The notes under the pieces: model-generated
Seen by the model: the letters and a program-made list of their open reading frames with translations, nothing else
Database searches by the model: none
What the model was told of the DNA's origin: nothing
Position numbers and translations under genes: made by a program
In this document: positions 25,628 through 35,424 of the stretch, in pieces
Numbering within the stretch: the stretch's first letter is position 1
Layout of the letters: the number at the start of each line of letters is the position of its first letter
Assembly: GCA_041653755.1 (NCBI GenBank)
Contig: JBAZEU010000004.1
Span: 1-42,305, forward strand
DNA length: 42,305 nucleotides
DNA from: Minisyncoccota bacterium
Lineage (GTDB): Bacteria > Patescibacteriota > Minisyncoccia > UBA6257 > UBA9933
Direction of reading: 5' to 3'

Positions 25628-26649
25628 TGATTTTCTTTTTTATTTGTTCTATGTTTTCTGAGGTAATCTAAAATTTGTATTGCTGAGTTTTGGTTACTAT
25701 CCATCATACCAAGGATCCTGAAAGATCCTTTGTCGAAAGATTTTTCGATGAGATGGGCAATTTTTAGCAAGCGGCCATTAAAATAAGCGCGGAAAAATTC
25801 TTCCATTACTTTGTCTTTTGTTTCAAACTCCGATTCGTTATCAGCGTAGATAGATTCGCATAAAAAATATAACACTTTTCTCTGGTTATGATAAGGATGG
25901 GTTCTGATAATCTCTCTATCTTTGCTAGAACATATGATCTCTTCCGGGTTTATATTCTCTGCTTTAGACAATTTTTCTTTTATTTTTCTGGCTTCTTCTG
26001 AATTTTCCCATTCTAATTCTTTCTCTAGATAAGTATTCTCCTTAAAAATTTTTGGAAGATATTGTTTTACGATTTCTGAAACAACGGCTTCGTTTAATCC
26101 CTCAAACATCATAAAGAACCCTATTTTTTCTGACTTTTTTCTCGTTGCACCAACCTTCAAGCCGCCCCTGTAAGGCTTTTGGAGATCTTCGTGTACTTCT
26201 TCGGCGTGGAAGCCTTTAAGATGTACCGTTTCGTGGAAGATTGTTTCAGCCCTATCTAAGGGGAGCATTGTTTCGCCAGCATCTATTGCGATTAATTGTT
26301 TATCCAAAAAAGTTGTTGCTACTCTGTCGGGAGTATTGTCGACTTCTTTATAAAGCTTTTTTGGAACTATGTGTATGTTTCGTTCGGGAATGTCGAATGG
26401 TACTAAGTCGTATTTTGACAGCAGAATATTCGTGGTTTCGTTCGCTAATCTTATGGTTTCGGACTCAGCAGGTTTTTTATGATATTCTAATGACTCCAAA
26501 ATTTTTCTTGATTTTTCGGGTATCTGTCTAAGGTGCCCTTCGCCGAATCTATCCAATAAAGATCTCTTTGCTTCCTCTTTTTTTTCTAACGAAGCAGGCC
26601 CAACAATAATTGGTTCTGGTCTTTCGAATTGTGGTAATTTTTCGGGCAT
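25618..26649 (-). CDS. Hypothetical cytoplasmic protein with HExxH / gluzincin-like motifs
   Basis: IFHETVHLKG (HExxH) followed ~40 aa later by FEGLNEAVVSE (candidate third ligand Glu). No signal peptide. The stop codon lies 10 nt inside tRNA-Val. Confidence 0.55.
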   Translation of the reverse strand: MPEKLPQFERPEPIIVGPASLEKKEEAKRSLLDRFGEGHLRQIPEKSRKILESLEYHKKPAESETIRLANETTNILLSKYDLVPFDIPERNIHIVPKKLYKEVDNTPDRVATTFLDKQLIAIDAGETMLPLDRAETIFHETVHLKGFHAEEVHEDLQKPYRGGLKVGATRKKSEKIGFFMMFEGLNEAVVSEIVKQYLPKIFKENTYLEKELEWENSEEARKIKEKLSKAENINPEEIICSSKDREIIRTHPYHNQRKVLYFLCESIYADNESEFETKDKVMEEFFRAYFNGRLLKIAHLIEKSFDKGSFRILGMMDSNQNSAIQILDYLRKHRTNKKENQGA

Positions 26650-26687
26650 AATAGTTTTTTGTTTTAGCTAAGCGCGCAAAATTCTAG

Positions 26688-26759
26688 TGGGCGCACTTGG
26701 ATTCGAACCAAGAACCTTGGCCTTATAAGAGCCCTGCTCCGCCATTGAGCTATGCGCCC
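26688..26759 (-). tRNA. tRNA with UAU anticodon (predicted tRNA-Ile, AUA-decoding)
   Basis: Reverse complement GGGCGCATAGCTCAATGGCGGAGCAGGGCTCTTATAAGGCCAAGGTTCTTGGTTCGAATCCAAGTGCGCCCA. Perfect acceptor, D and T arms. Anticodon loop C-U-UAU-A-A. The anticodon stem has a G:A mismatch and a U:G pair. Confidence 0.75.
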
Positions 26760-26763
26760 TAAC

Positions 26764-28599
26764 CTATACTGCTATTGGTTTTATTTTATACGGTTTGAGC
26801 AAATTGTAAAACTCTTCGCCCTCAAGGGTTTCTTTTTCCATCAAGACCTGAGCGATTTTATCTAATGCCTTGCGATACTTTTGAATAATGTTTTGAGTGG
26901 TTTTATAGGATCGATTAACAAAGTTTTTTATTTCAGCATCAATCTCTTTGGCCACTGATTCGGAATAATCTTTTTCAACGGCGATTTCTCTGCCAAGAAA
27001 AACCATTTCATCGGTTTTGCCAAAAGTCATCGGTCCTAATTTTTCACTCATTCCATATTTAGTCACTAATTTTTTCGCTAATTCAGAACTTTGTTTTAAA
27101 TCAGAAGAAGCGCCGGTTGAAAGATCATTGAAAACTTTTTGTTCTGATACATAACCGCCGAACAATATTGCTAAGTCGCTTAAGAATTGTGACTTGGTTC
27201 TTAAATGTCTATCTTCGCTCGGGAGATTCATAGTATAACCGCCAACCATTCCCCGGCTGACAATAGAAATTTTATGAACTGGATCGGTATTTAATAATCC
27301 GGCCGTAACCAAAGCATGGCCAGCCTCGTGATAGGCGGTAATCTCTCTTTCTTTTTGAGAAACGGCTTTTGATCGGCGTTCCGGTCCTAAAACAACTTTT
27401 TCGATGGAAGCGTAAAGATTATCTTGGGTGACAAGTTTTGTGTTTTTGGTTGCTGCCAAAATTGCCGCTTCGTTCATTAAATTAGCTAACTCGGCGCCGG
27501 AAAATCCTGGCGTACGAATTCCTACTTTTCTTAAATCAACATCTTTGGCTAATGGTTTGCCTCGGCTGTGAATTTTTAAAATTGCCTCTCGGTCATTGAT
27601 GTCAGGCAAATCTAAAATTATTCGACGATCAAATCTGCCTGGTCTTAATAACGCTGAATCCAAAACATCAGGTCTGTTTGTGGCGGCGATAACGATTCTC
27701 GTGTCTTCTCTTTCGAAGCCGTCCATTTCCACCAAGATTTGATTCAGGGTCTGTTCTCTCTCGTCGTGTCCTCCGCCAAGCCCCGCTCCTCTCTCACGGC
27801 CAATCGCATCAATCTCATCGATGAAAATGATCGAACGGCCAACCTTTTTAGCGGTTTGAAATAAATCTCTTACCCTTGAAGCGCCGACTCCAACAAACAT
27901 TTCAACGAACTCAGACGCAGACATATAAAAGAAAGGAACATTGGCTTCGCCGGCAACAGCTCTGGCTAATAAAGTTTTCCCCGTACCGGGCGATCCCAAA
28001 AGAAGGACTCCTCGGGGAATACGGGCTCCCATATCCAGATATTTTTTTGGATTTTTCAGAAAATCAACCACTTCTATCAGTTCTTGCTTTGCTTCTTTCA
28101 GCCCAGCCACGTCATCAAAAGTAACCCTATTTTTGAAAGGATTAAAAATTTTTATATTAGCCCGACCAAAACTGAAGGCCTGATTTACGCCAGTCTTGGC
28201 TTGGCGAAACATCAGCCAGAAAAATACTCCGATAATTAGCAAAGGTAAAAGTATCGGGATTAAAACGCCGGCCCAGTATTTAAAACCGGACGCTTCAACA
28301 ATTTCTATTTTTACTTGTTGCAATGCTGCGGGGTTAACGCCGTAATTTTTTAACGTTTCGGACAAGCTGGTTTCCAGTTCTTTGGTGGCGACAGCGGTCT
28401 GGCCGTTTTTTAAAGTGATTGAAAGATTATTGCTATTGACGCTGATTTTTGAAACTTCATGATTATTAATTTTTGTCGCCAGTTCATCCAATGAGAGAGT
28501 CGTAACGCTTTTTTGAAACTGCGAAAACAAGGCAAAGATTATTGCAATCGCCAATAAAATATTAATCGCTAAAAAGATATTTTTCCCGATAGACTTCAT
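26764..28599 (-). CDS. ftsH: ATP-dependent zinc metalloprotease FtsH
   Basis: Two TM, Walker [12 protein letters not shown], Walker [38 protein letters not shown] zinc motif. Confidence 0.95.
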   Translation of the reverse strand: MKSIGKNIFLAINILLAIAIIFALFSQFQKSVTTLSLDELATKINNHEVSKISVNSNNLSITLKNGQTAVATKELETSLSETLKNYGVNPAALQQVKIEIVEASGFKYWAGVLIPILLPLLIIGVFFWLMFRQAKTGVNQAFSFGRANIKIFNPFKNRVTFDDVAGLKEAKQELIEVVDFLKNPKKYLDMGARIPRGVLLLGSPGTGKTLLARAVAGEANVPFFYMSASEFVEMFVGVGASRVRDLFQTAKKVGRSIIFIDEIDAIGRERGAGLGGGHDEREQTLNQILVEMDGFEREDTRIVIAATNRPDVLDSALLRPGRFDRRIILDLPDINDREAILKIHSRGKPLAKDVDLRKVGIRTPGFSGAELANLMNEAAILAATKNTKLVTQDNLYASIEKVVLGPERRSKAVSQKEREITAYHEAGHALVTAGLLNTDPVHKISIVSRGMVGGYTMNLPSEDRHLRTKSQFLSDLAILFGGYVSEQKVFNDLSTGASSDLKQSSELAKKLVTKYGMSEKLGPMTFGKTDEMVFLGREIAVEKDYSESVAKEIDAEIKNFVNRSYKTTQNIIQKYRKALDKIAQVLMEKETLEGEEFYNLLKPYKIKPIAV

Positions 28600-28613
28600 A
28601 AACGGTTACGAAA

Positions 28614-29714
28614 TTACTTTTTTAATTTCAAAGTAATTCTTTTTTCTTCCGGCTTAACAGAAGCCAGAATAAACTTGTATGCTTTTTTGGGTTCTAATGC
28701 TTTTTTCATTTCCTCAATGCTTCCGAATTCAGAAACGTGGATTAACCCTTGAATGTCTAAATCTAGGTTTACAATCGCGCCGAACGGATTAAAACTATAA
28801 ATCGTTCCTTCAAGCTCCTGACCTTCCTGATATTTTTCTTTGACTAAATCCCAAGGATTCGCCTGAAGCGCTTTAAGCGACAGGGAAACACGTCCATCTT
28901 TAATTTCAATAATTTTTGCTTTGACAGTGTCGTTGATTTGAACAACGTCTTTGGGGCCTTCTAAAAGCTTATGGGATAGTTCGGAGATGTGAATTAGTCC
29001 TTCGAGCTCGGGATCATCAGTAAATTTGAAGAAAGCGCCGAAATCAGCAATACCGGAAACAATACCTTCAACGATGTCGCCAATATTATATTTTTTTAAG
29101 GCTTCCTGGGAATTGGTTTCATTGGCTTCCCTCTCGGAGATAATCAGCTTGGCGGTTTTAGGGTTGAGATCGATAATTTTTACCGTTAGATTCTGACCGA
29201 CTAATTTTTGGAGTTCCTGAAAGATTTTATTTTTATCAGCGTTTTCTACTCGCGGATAATGAGAACTTAATAATTGAGAAACCGGCAAGAAAGCTTTAAT
29301 GTCTTTTAGGTCAGCCATTAATCCTCCGGTGTTAGCGCCTGTGACCGTTACTTCAATCGGCTCGCCAGCTTCTTTTAACTCTTTTAATTCGTGCCAAATT
29401 TTTTGCTGTGAGGCGCCAGCTAAAGAAAGCTCTACGTAGCCTTCTTCGTTCTCTTGGTCAACTACTTTTGCCGGCACAGTGTCGCCGACTTTCACTTCTC
29501 TTAAAACATTTTTAGCGTTTAGAAATTCTGTTCCGAAAATAACGCCGGTGCCAAATTTTCCTAAATCAAAATAGCAGACACCCGCTTGTCTTTTTATCAG
29601 CTTGGCTTCAGTAATATCTCCGGGCTTTAAAAATGCCATAAAAGCCGGGTCAAGCTTCATTAGCTGGCCGAAAGCAGAATTTTCTTTATTTGATACGATT
29701 ACAGGTGTCTTCAT
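28614..29714 (-). CDS. rpsA: S1 RNA-binding domain protein (four S1 repeats; ribosomal protein S1-like)
   Basis: Repeated S1/OB motifs (GDITEAKLIK..., GDTVPAKVVD..., GDIVEGIVSGIADFGAFFKF, GQELEGTIYSFNPFGAIVNL). 14 nt upstream of ftsH. Confidence 0.75.
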   Translation of the reverse strand: MKTPVIVSNKENSAFGQLMKLDPAFMAFLKPGDITEAKLIKRQAGVCYFDLGKFGTGVIFGTEFLNAKNVLREVKVGDTVPAKVVDQENEEGYVELSLAGASQQKIWHELKELKEAGEPIEVTVTGANTGGLMADLKDIKAFLPVSQLLSSHYPRVENADKNKIFQELQKLVGQNLTVKIIDLNPKTAKLIISEREANETNSQEALKKYNIGDIVEGIVSGIADFGAFFKFTDDPELEGLIHISELSHKLLEGPKDVVQINDTVKAKIIEIKDGRVSLSLKALQANPWDLVKEKYQEGQELEGTIYSFNPFGAIVNLDLDIQGLIHVSEFGSIEEMKKALEPKKAYKFILASVKPEEKRITLKLKK

Positions 29715-29774
29715 ATATCTTTGATATATTGAATCTTTGATTCACTATAACAGTGTTATTCTATCAGAATATAT

Positions 29775-29803
29775 TTGAAAATCAAGGATTTATCTGGTAA
29801 AAT
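29775..29803 (+). promoter_or_regulatory. Candidate promoter (TTGAAA-17 nt-TAAAAT) giving a near-leaderless transcript
   Basis: -35 at 29775-29780 and -10 at 29798-29803. The -10 ends 9 nt before the ATG at 29813; no SD. Confidence 0.4.
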
Positions 29804-29812
29804 AAAATAGTA

Positions 29813-30436
29813 ATGATTATTTCTTTTTACGGCGAAGGGTGTTTTAAAATTCAATCAGGAGACCTCACCCTTTTAACAGACCCGCTTACAAAAGAGAGCG
29901 GTCTTGATGTGCCGCGATTTAAGACAGATTTGATTTTAAAAACTTTAGTTTCTTTCCCGCCCGAAGGCGAAAATTCTCATGAGTTAGTCGGTCCGGGCGA
30001 ATACAATTTCAAAGTCGCTGACAAAGAGGTTGATGTCGAAGGATTTTTTTTAAACACCGAATCAACGGATAAATTTATCAAAACGGTTTATCTGGTTGGT
30101 TTGGAAGATTTAAAACTTTGTTTTTTGGGGCATCTTTCCGAAGGATTGCCGTCAGAAATCAGCGAACGACTGGAAGAAATAGACATTTTGTTTATCCCGG
30201 CTGGCGGAGCGCCGTTTATCGACCAGAAAAAAGCAGCAGTTTTGATCAAGCAAATTGAGCCGAAAATTGTGGTGCCGAGTTTTTATAAAATGCCGAACTT
30301 GAAAAGGCCGGCTGAAGATTTGAAGAAATTTTCGAAAGAGTTTGACCATGACTCGGTCTGCGAAGAAAAATTGGTGATCAAGAAAAAAGACGTTTTAACG
30401 ATCAAGGGCACAAAAATTGTATGCCTCAAGGCCTAA
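29813..30436 (+). CDS. MBL-fold (UPF0173-like) protein lacking the HxHxDH metal motif
   Basis: MIISFYGEGCFKIQSGDLTLLTDP... matches the start of UPF0173/MBL-fold hydrolases. The position expected for HxHxDH reads DLILKTLVSFP. Confidence 0.55.
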   Translation: MIISFYGEGCFKIQSGDLTLLTDPLTKESGLDVPRFKTDLILKTLVSFPPEGENSHELVGPGEYNFKVADKEVDVEGFFLNTESTDKFIKTVYLVGLEDLKLCFLGHLSEGLPSEISERLEEIDILFIPAGGAPFIDQKKAAVLIKQIEPKIVVPSFYKMPNLKRPAEDLKKFSKEFDHDSVCEEKLVIKKKDVLTIKGTKIVCLKA

Positions 30437-30684
30437 AAAGCTTTTTAAGAAAGATACAAAATTCTGATGAAAGCGTTAAAAAAAGATATTTGCTGATTTT
30501 TTCGATTATCGCGATGGCTGTCGTGGTTGGTCTATGGGTCTTGTATCTTAGAGAAATGTCGAGCGTGGATGTTGCCAAAGAACATGAATTTTCTGTTCAA
30601 AAAGTTTTTTCTGCGGTTTCTCAATGGAGCAAAGATATAATTTTTAAAATAAGAGAAGGTCGAGTTATCAATATTGAAAGATAA
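30421..30684 (+). CDS. Small single-TM hypothetical protein
   Basis: 87-aa ORF overlapping the upstream gene by 16 nt. TM YLLIFSIIAMAVVVGLWVLYL. Confidence 0.45.
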   Translation: MPQGLKSFLRKIQNSDESVKKRYLLIFSIIAMAVVVGLWVLYLREMSSVDVAKEHEFSVQKVFSAVSQWSKDIIFKIREGRVINIER

Positions 30685-30721
30685 TTCGGCACAGCTACAT
30701 TATATATAAAGTAAATCTTAT

Positions 30722-33247
30722 ATGGTCAAAATGCCTAAAAGAGCAAAAAAAGAACTAGCCCAGCCGGCGGAAACAAAAATACAAAAGCATCAGGACCGGG
30801 AAATTTCCGAAGAACTCCAAGAATGTTATTTGGATTACGCAATGAGCGTGATTGTTTCCCGCGCTTTGCCTGACGCTCGTGACGGGTTGAAACCAGTTCA
30901 AAGAAGAATTTTATGGTCAATGTGGGATATGGGTTTGGGCCATGGCGCCAAACTTATAAAATCCGCAAGAGTAGTCGGAGAAGTAATGGGGAAATATCAT
31001 CCTCACGGCGATATGGCGATTTACGATACCTTAGTAAGAATGGCTCAAGATTTTTCTTTGAGGTATGTGTTAATTGACGGTCAGGGAAATTTTGGAAGCA
31101 TTGATGGCGATGCGGCTGCCGCCCAAAGATATACCGAAGCGCGGCTCTCGAAAATTTCCGAAGAGATGCTTGCGGACATTGAAAAAGAAACCGTCGATTG
31201 GCAGCCGAACTATGATGCCAGCCGGGTTGAGCCGAAAGTTTTGCCGTCAAAACTGCCGAATTTATTGCTTAACGGCTCAATGGGGATTGCGGTTGGTATG
31301 GCTACCAATATTCCTCCGCATAATCTGAACGAAATTATTGACGCCATTTTTTACCTAATTGAGAATTCTGACGCTTCGACTCAGGAACTTTTCAAGTTTA
31401 TTCAGGGCCCGGACTTTCCAACCGGCGGTTTGATATTCAATAAAAAAGCCATTATGGAGGCCTATAGCGCTGGCAAGGGGCCGATCACTATGCGGGGCGT
31501 TGCCACAATAGAAGAAACCAAAAATAACCAGTTTTCTATTATTATCACCGAGATCCCCTACCAAACCAATAAAGCCGAACTGATTTTAAAGATTGCCCAA
31601 TTGATTACTGACAAAAAAATTGAAGGTATTCGAGACATTAGAGACGAATCAGACAGAGAAGGATTAAGGATCGTAATTGAAGTAAAATCAAATGCGCCAA
31701 CCCAAAAGATTTTAAACCAGCTTTACAAATTTACCGAGCTTCAAAAAGATTTTCATTTGAACATGATTGCCCTTGCTGACGGCATTCAGCCGCAGACGAT
31801 GTCGTTAAAAGATTTGCTTTCGGCCTATCTTGAACATCGCAAGGTTGTTGTCAGAAAACGAACAGAATTTGAACTAAAGAGAGCAAAAGAAAGAGCGCAT
31901 ATTCTGATGGGTTTGGTTAAAGCGCTTTCGATAATCGATGAGGTTATTAAAACTATCAAAAAATCTAAAGATCGGCAGGATGCTTTTAATAATTTAATCA
32001 AGAAGTTTAAATTCAGCGAGATTCAGGCCAATGCGATTTTGGAAATGAAATTGCAGACATTGGCTAACCTTGAAAGACAGCGCCTCGAAGATGAATTAAA
32101 AGAGAAAAAGAAATTAATCGCTGAATTGGAATTAATTTTGAAAGAGCCGAAAAGAATCTTGAAAGTCATTAAAGAAGAGCTGACGGAAGTGAAAGAAAAA
32201 TACGGCGACGAAAGAAAAACCAAAGTTGTTTCAACCGGATTGCAGGAATTTAACGAAGAGGATTTGGTCCCTAAAGAAGATGTAATAATTACTCTTTCCA
32301 ATACGGGCTATATTAAAAGAGTTGTGCCTTCAGCTATCAAAGCGCAAAATAGAGGAGGGAAAGGAACAATCGGTTCTGAACTTGGCGAAGAAGATTTTAT
32401 TGTCCAATTTTTACGGGCGAACACTCACGACAATATTTTATTCTTTACTGATAAGGGCAGAGCTTTCCAGGCCAAGGTTTATGAAATCCCGGTTGGCACT
32501 CGAATTTCCCGCGGAAAATTAGTTCATAACTTTTTGGATTTTCCGGCTGAAGAGAATATATCCGCCATTATCAGTTACCCGGCGACCAAACCTGCCCGCA
32601 ATGCTTCGCGCAGCGATGCAGGCGGGGACGAAAAAGAATTAAGTAATCAATTCTTAGTAATGTGCACATATGGCGGAATGATTAAAAAAACGCCAATTTC
32701 TGATTTTCAGAATGTCAGGCGCAGCGGCATCGTTGCCATGTCCTTAAAGAATGGCGATCTTTTGAAATGGGTAAAAATGTCTTTGGGCAAAGACGAGGTC
32801 ATTATTGCTACCGCTAAGGGTCAAGCAATCAGGTTCAAAGAAAGCCAGTTGCGACCAATGGGCCGTCAGGCCTCGGGCGTAAAAGCTATCGGTCTGAATA
32901 AAGATGATTTTGTGGCAGGGCTTGATATAATTAAAGGAGAGCAGAAGACCGCCAAAATCTTAGTAGTAATGGAAAATGGTTTTTCCAAGCAAACGCCTTT
33001 GTCTTCTTACCGTCTTCAATCCCGAGGAGGTAAAGGGATAAAAACCGCCAAGGTTACGGCTAAAACCGGTCAAATCGTGACTGCTAAAGTTTTAGCTGAA
33101 GAGGAAGAAGTGTTCGCGTTATCGTCTAAAGGCCAAATCATCAGAACCAAGATTTCTAATATTAGAACCGCCTCAAGAGTTTCACAGGGAGTCAAGATTA
33201 TGAAGTTGGAAAAAGATGATAAGATTGCCGGAATCGTCGCCATCTAA
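30722..33247 (+). CDS. gyrA: DNA gyrase subunit A
   Basis: [32 protein letters not shown], catalytic Tyr in [12 protein letters not shown]-terminal beta-pinwheel repeats. Confidence 0.95.
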   Translation: MVKMPKRAKKELAQPAETKIQKHQDREISEELQECYLDYAMSVIVSRALPDARDGLKPVQRRILWSMWDMGLGHGAKLIKSARVVGEVMGKYHPHGDMAIYDTLVRMAQDFSLRYVLIDGQGNFGSIDGDAAAAQRYTEARLSKISEEMLADIEKETVDWQPNYDASRVEPKVLPSKLPNLLLNGSMGIAVGMATNIPPHNLNEIIDAIFYLIENSDASTQELFKFIQGPDFPTGGLIFNKKAIMEAYSAGKGPITMRGVATIEETKNNQFSIIITEIPYQTNKAELILKIAQLITDKKIEGIRDIRDESDREGLRIVIEVKSNAPTQKILNQLYKFTELQKDFHLNMIALADGIQPQTMSLKDLLSAYLEHRKVVVRKRTEFELKRAKERAHILMGLVKALSIIDEVIKTIKKSKDRQDAFNNLIKKFKFSEIQANAILEMKLQTLANLERQRLEDELKEKKKLIAELELILKEPKRILKVIKEELTEVKEKYGDERKTKVVSTGLQEFNEEDLVPKEDVIITLSNTGYIKRVVPSAIKAQNRGGKGTIGSELGEEDFIVQFLRANTHDNILFFTDKGRAFQAKVYEIPVGTRISRGKLVHNFLDFPAEENISAIISYPATKPARNASRSDAGGDEKELSNQFLVMCTYGGMIKKTPISDFQNVRRSGIVAMSLKNGDLLKWVKMSLGKDEVIIATAKGQAIRFKESQLRPMGRQASGVKAIGLNKDDFVAGLDIIKGEQKTAKILVVMENGFSKQTPLSSYRLQSRGGKGIKTAKVTAKTGQIVTAKVLAEEEEVFALSSKGQIIRTKISNIRTASRVSQGVKIMKLEKDDKIAGIVAI
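32595..32626. repeat. GC-rich imperfect hairpin embedded in frame in the gyrA C-terminal domain
   Basis: CCCGC-AA-TGC-T-TCGC-GCA-GCGA-T-GCA-G-GCGGG. Encodes [11 protein letters not shown] within an otherwise AT-rich gene. Confidence 0.5.
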
Positions 33248-33271
33248 TAAAATATATCGAAAAAAATTTAT

Positions 33272-34549
33272 ATGAATTTTTCAAAAAAACAAATTACTAT
33301 CGTCGGAGGAATCGCGATTATTGTCTTGCTGATTGTCCTGGCGATTATCTTCGGCCGGGCCGCTCCAACCAACCAAAAAGAAATTACCCTAACGGTGTGG
33401 GGCGTTGGCGACAGCGAAGATGTTTTAAGACCGGTTTTTGAAAGTTATCAGAAAAGCCATTCTAAAACTAAAATTCAATATACCGAATTTAACGAAGCTG
33501 ATTACCAGAAATCTTTGATTAACGCCTTAGCCGCCAATAATGGCCCGGATATTTTTATGTTTCATCGTTCTTGGCTGCCGGCTAATGCCGATAAAGTTCT
33601 AGTTTTTGATAAGACAAAAATTTCTCTCAATAAATTAAGAGATCTTTTCCCGAAAGCAGTAGAACAAGATTTCTCTTATGGTGAAAATATTTATGCGCTT
33701 CCTTTATATATAGACACACTAGCAACTTTTTATAACAAAGATATTCTTGATAACTCGGCCATCGCAATACCGCCCAAGACCTGGGACGAATTTAAGCTTT
33801 TGATTTCAAAATTAAGAAAACTTGATCCGAAAACTAACTCTATTATCAGAGCGGCTGGAGCTATCGGCGGTTCTAATGATAGCATTCATAGCGCCTCGGA
33901 CATTTTCACTCTCATGGCGATGCAAGAAGGCGTTAATTTCCCGAAGAATTCCGGAGAAAGATTAGCTTTTGGCAACAAAGGGCAGAATGCATTGAATTTT
34001 TATCTGGAATTCACTAATCCGAAAAGCTTGATTTACGCGTGGGACGACGCTTTTAATTATTCGTTGGATGCTTTTGCGAATGGACAATCGGCGATAATCT
34101 TTGACTATCAGCGCACCATAGATGTCTTAAAAAAGAAGAATCCCTATCTCAATATTGGCATCGCTCCAATGCTTCAGTTCAATTTGGACAGTAAAGTGAA
34201 CTTTGCCGATTATTGGGGACTGGCAGTTTCTAAGAAAAGCCAGAATCCGTCAGCTGCCCAAGATTTGATATTGGCCTTAACAACAAACGAAGCCTATGCC
34301 AAAGCTTATTTGCTATCAAGCGGTCGGCCGCCAGCATTGAGAAGTTTGATTAATAAATATCAAGATGATCCTTCTTTGGGTGTTTTTGCGCAACAAGCGC
34401 TTTCTGCTAATTCTTGGTATCAGGTTGATAGTGATTTTATCAGCCAAACCTTTTCTGATATGATAGAATCAGCGTTAGCCAAGCAGGTTTCGATAAAAGA
34501 TGCCCTTGAAGTGGCGGAAAATAAAGTTAATTCGTTGATACAACCATGA
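33272..34549 (+). CDS. Extracellular solute-binding protein (ABC sugar-binding family 1-like), TM-anchored, orphan
   Basis: N-terminal TM then ITLTVWGVGDSEDVLRPVFESYQKSH...NGPDIFMFHRSWL, typical of family-1 SBPs. No permease or ATPase gene nearby. ATGA overlap with the next gene. Confidence 0.75.
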   Translation: MNFSKKQITIVGGIAIIVLLIVLAIIFGRAAPTNQKEITLTVWGVGDSEDVLRPVFESYQKSHSKTKIQYTEFNEADYQKSLINALAANNGPDIFMFHRSWLPANADKVLVFDKTKISLNKLRDLFPKAVEQDFSYGENIYALPLYIDTLATFYNKDILDNSAIAIPPKTWDEFKLLISKLRKLDPKTNSIIRAAGAIGGSNDSIHSASDIFTLMAMQEGVNFPKNSGERLAFGNKGQNALNFYLEFTNPKSLIYAWDDAFNYSLDAFANGQSAIIFDYQRTIDVLKKKNPYLNIGIAPMLQFNLDSKVNFADYWGLAVSKKSQNPSAAQDLILALTTNEAYAKAYLLSSGRPPALRSLINKYQDDPSLGVFAQQALSANSWYQVDSDFISQTFSDMIESALAKQVSIKDALEVAENKVNSLIQP

Positions 34550-34962
34550 AAAAAATAATTTCAATCCCAGTTCTTTTTTCCGCTTTATATCTTTTGCTTT
34601 CTACTCCGGTTTTTGCTGCCGGTTTAGTTCCTTGTAGCGGAGCCGATTGCACTTTTAATTGTTTCATGAAGATGTTTCATGATATTCTCTATAACTTGGT
34701 TTTGTTGAAAATCGTTATTCCTTTGGTCGTGGTTACGATTGTTTGGGGAGGTTTTATGATGATGTTTTCTGCTGGAGATCCTAAAAAAGCCGAAACCGGC
34801 AAAAAAATTATTACCAGCGCCGTAGTTGGAGCAGTTATTGTTTTTTGCGGCTGGCTGATCGTTAATCTTCTTTTTTCTGTATTGGTGAAGCCGAGCGCTT
34901 TAAGCCAAAGTCCACTGCTGGAAGGAAGTCATTGGTATAACGTAAGAATCAGTTGTCCTTGA
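34546..34962 (+). CDS. VirB2/TrbC-like T4SS pilin paralogue 1
   Basis: Signal peptide (...STPVFA|AG). TM1-WGGFMMMFSAGDPKKAETGKKIITSAVVGAVIV-TM2. Confidence 0.65.
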   Translation: MKKIISIPVLFSALYLLLSTPVFAAGLVPCSGADCTFNCFMKMFHDILYNLVLLKIVIPLVVVTIVWGGFMMMFSAGDPKKAETGKKIITSAVVGAVIVFCGWLIVNLLFSVLVKPSALSQSPLLEGSHWYNVRISCP

Positions 34963-34992
34963 TTTTAGAATTAAAACAATTAGAATTTTATT

Positions 34993-35376
34993 ATGATTAA
35001 AAAAATAGGACTATTTTTATTAGCTGCTGCTCTGCGTTTCCAGTTTGCCTTGGCTGACGGGGGAGGTCAAATTCCTGGCGGAGGCCAAATTCCTTCTGGA
35101 GAAAGTTCCGGCGGTTTTACCAATCCTCTGAATTTTGGGAGTATTGAAGAACTTTTAAAGGGTCTTTCCAACTGGGCAATAACCATCTCTACTCCAATCG
35201 CCGCCTTGATGATTATCGTAGGCGCTTATCAGCTTTTGTTTTCTGCTGGTAATCCTGACAAGGTTAAAACTGGCAGGCAGACCATCCTTTACACCGTGAT
35301 TGCTTATGCTATAATTTTATTGGCTTGGGCCCTTGCTCATGGAGTGGCTGAGCTTATCGGAGCAAAAACGAGTTAA
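34993..35376 (+). CDS. VirB2/TrbC-like T4SS pilin paralogue 2
   Basis: Signal peptide. TM1-VGAYQLLFSAGNPDKVKTGRQTILYTVIAYAIIL-TM2. Own promoter-like TTGATT-16-TAGAAT (34959-34986), with the -10 ending 6 nt before the ATG. Confidence 0.65.
   Translation: MIKKIGLFLLAAALRFQFALADGGGQIPGGGQIPSGESSGGFTNPLNFGSIEELLKGLSNWAITISTPIAALMIIVGAYQLLFSAGNPDKVKTGRQTILYTVIAYAIILLAWALAHGVAELIGAKTS
35062..35097 (+). repeat. 18-nt tandem duplication in pilin paralogue 2
   Basis: GGAGGTCAAATTCCTGGC / GGAGGCCAAATTCCTTCT encoding GGQIPG-GGQIPS just after the signal peptide. Confidence 0.7.
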
Positions 35377-35424
35377 ATAAAAGGTCGAGACGAAAACGAA
35401 CTATTTTATTTTAAATTTAATCAA

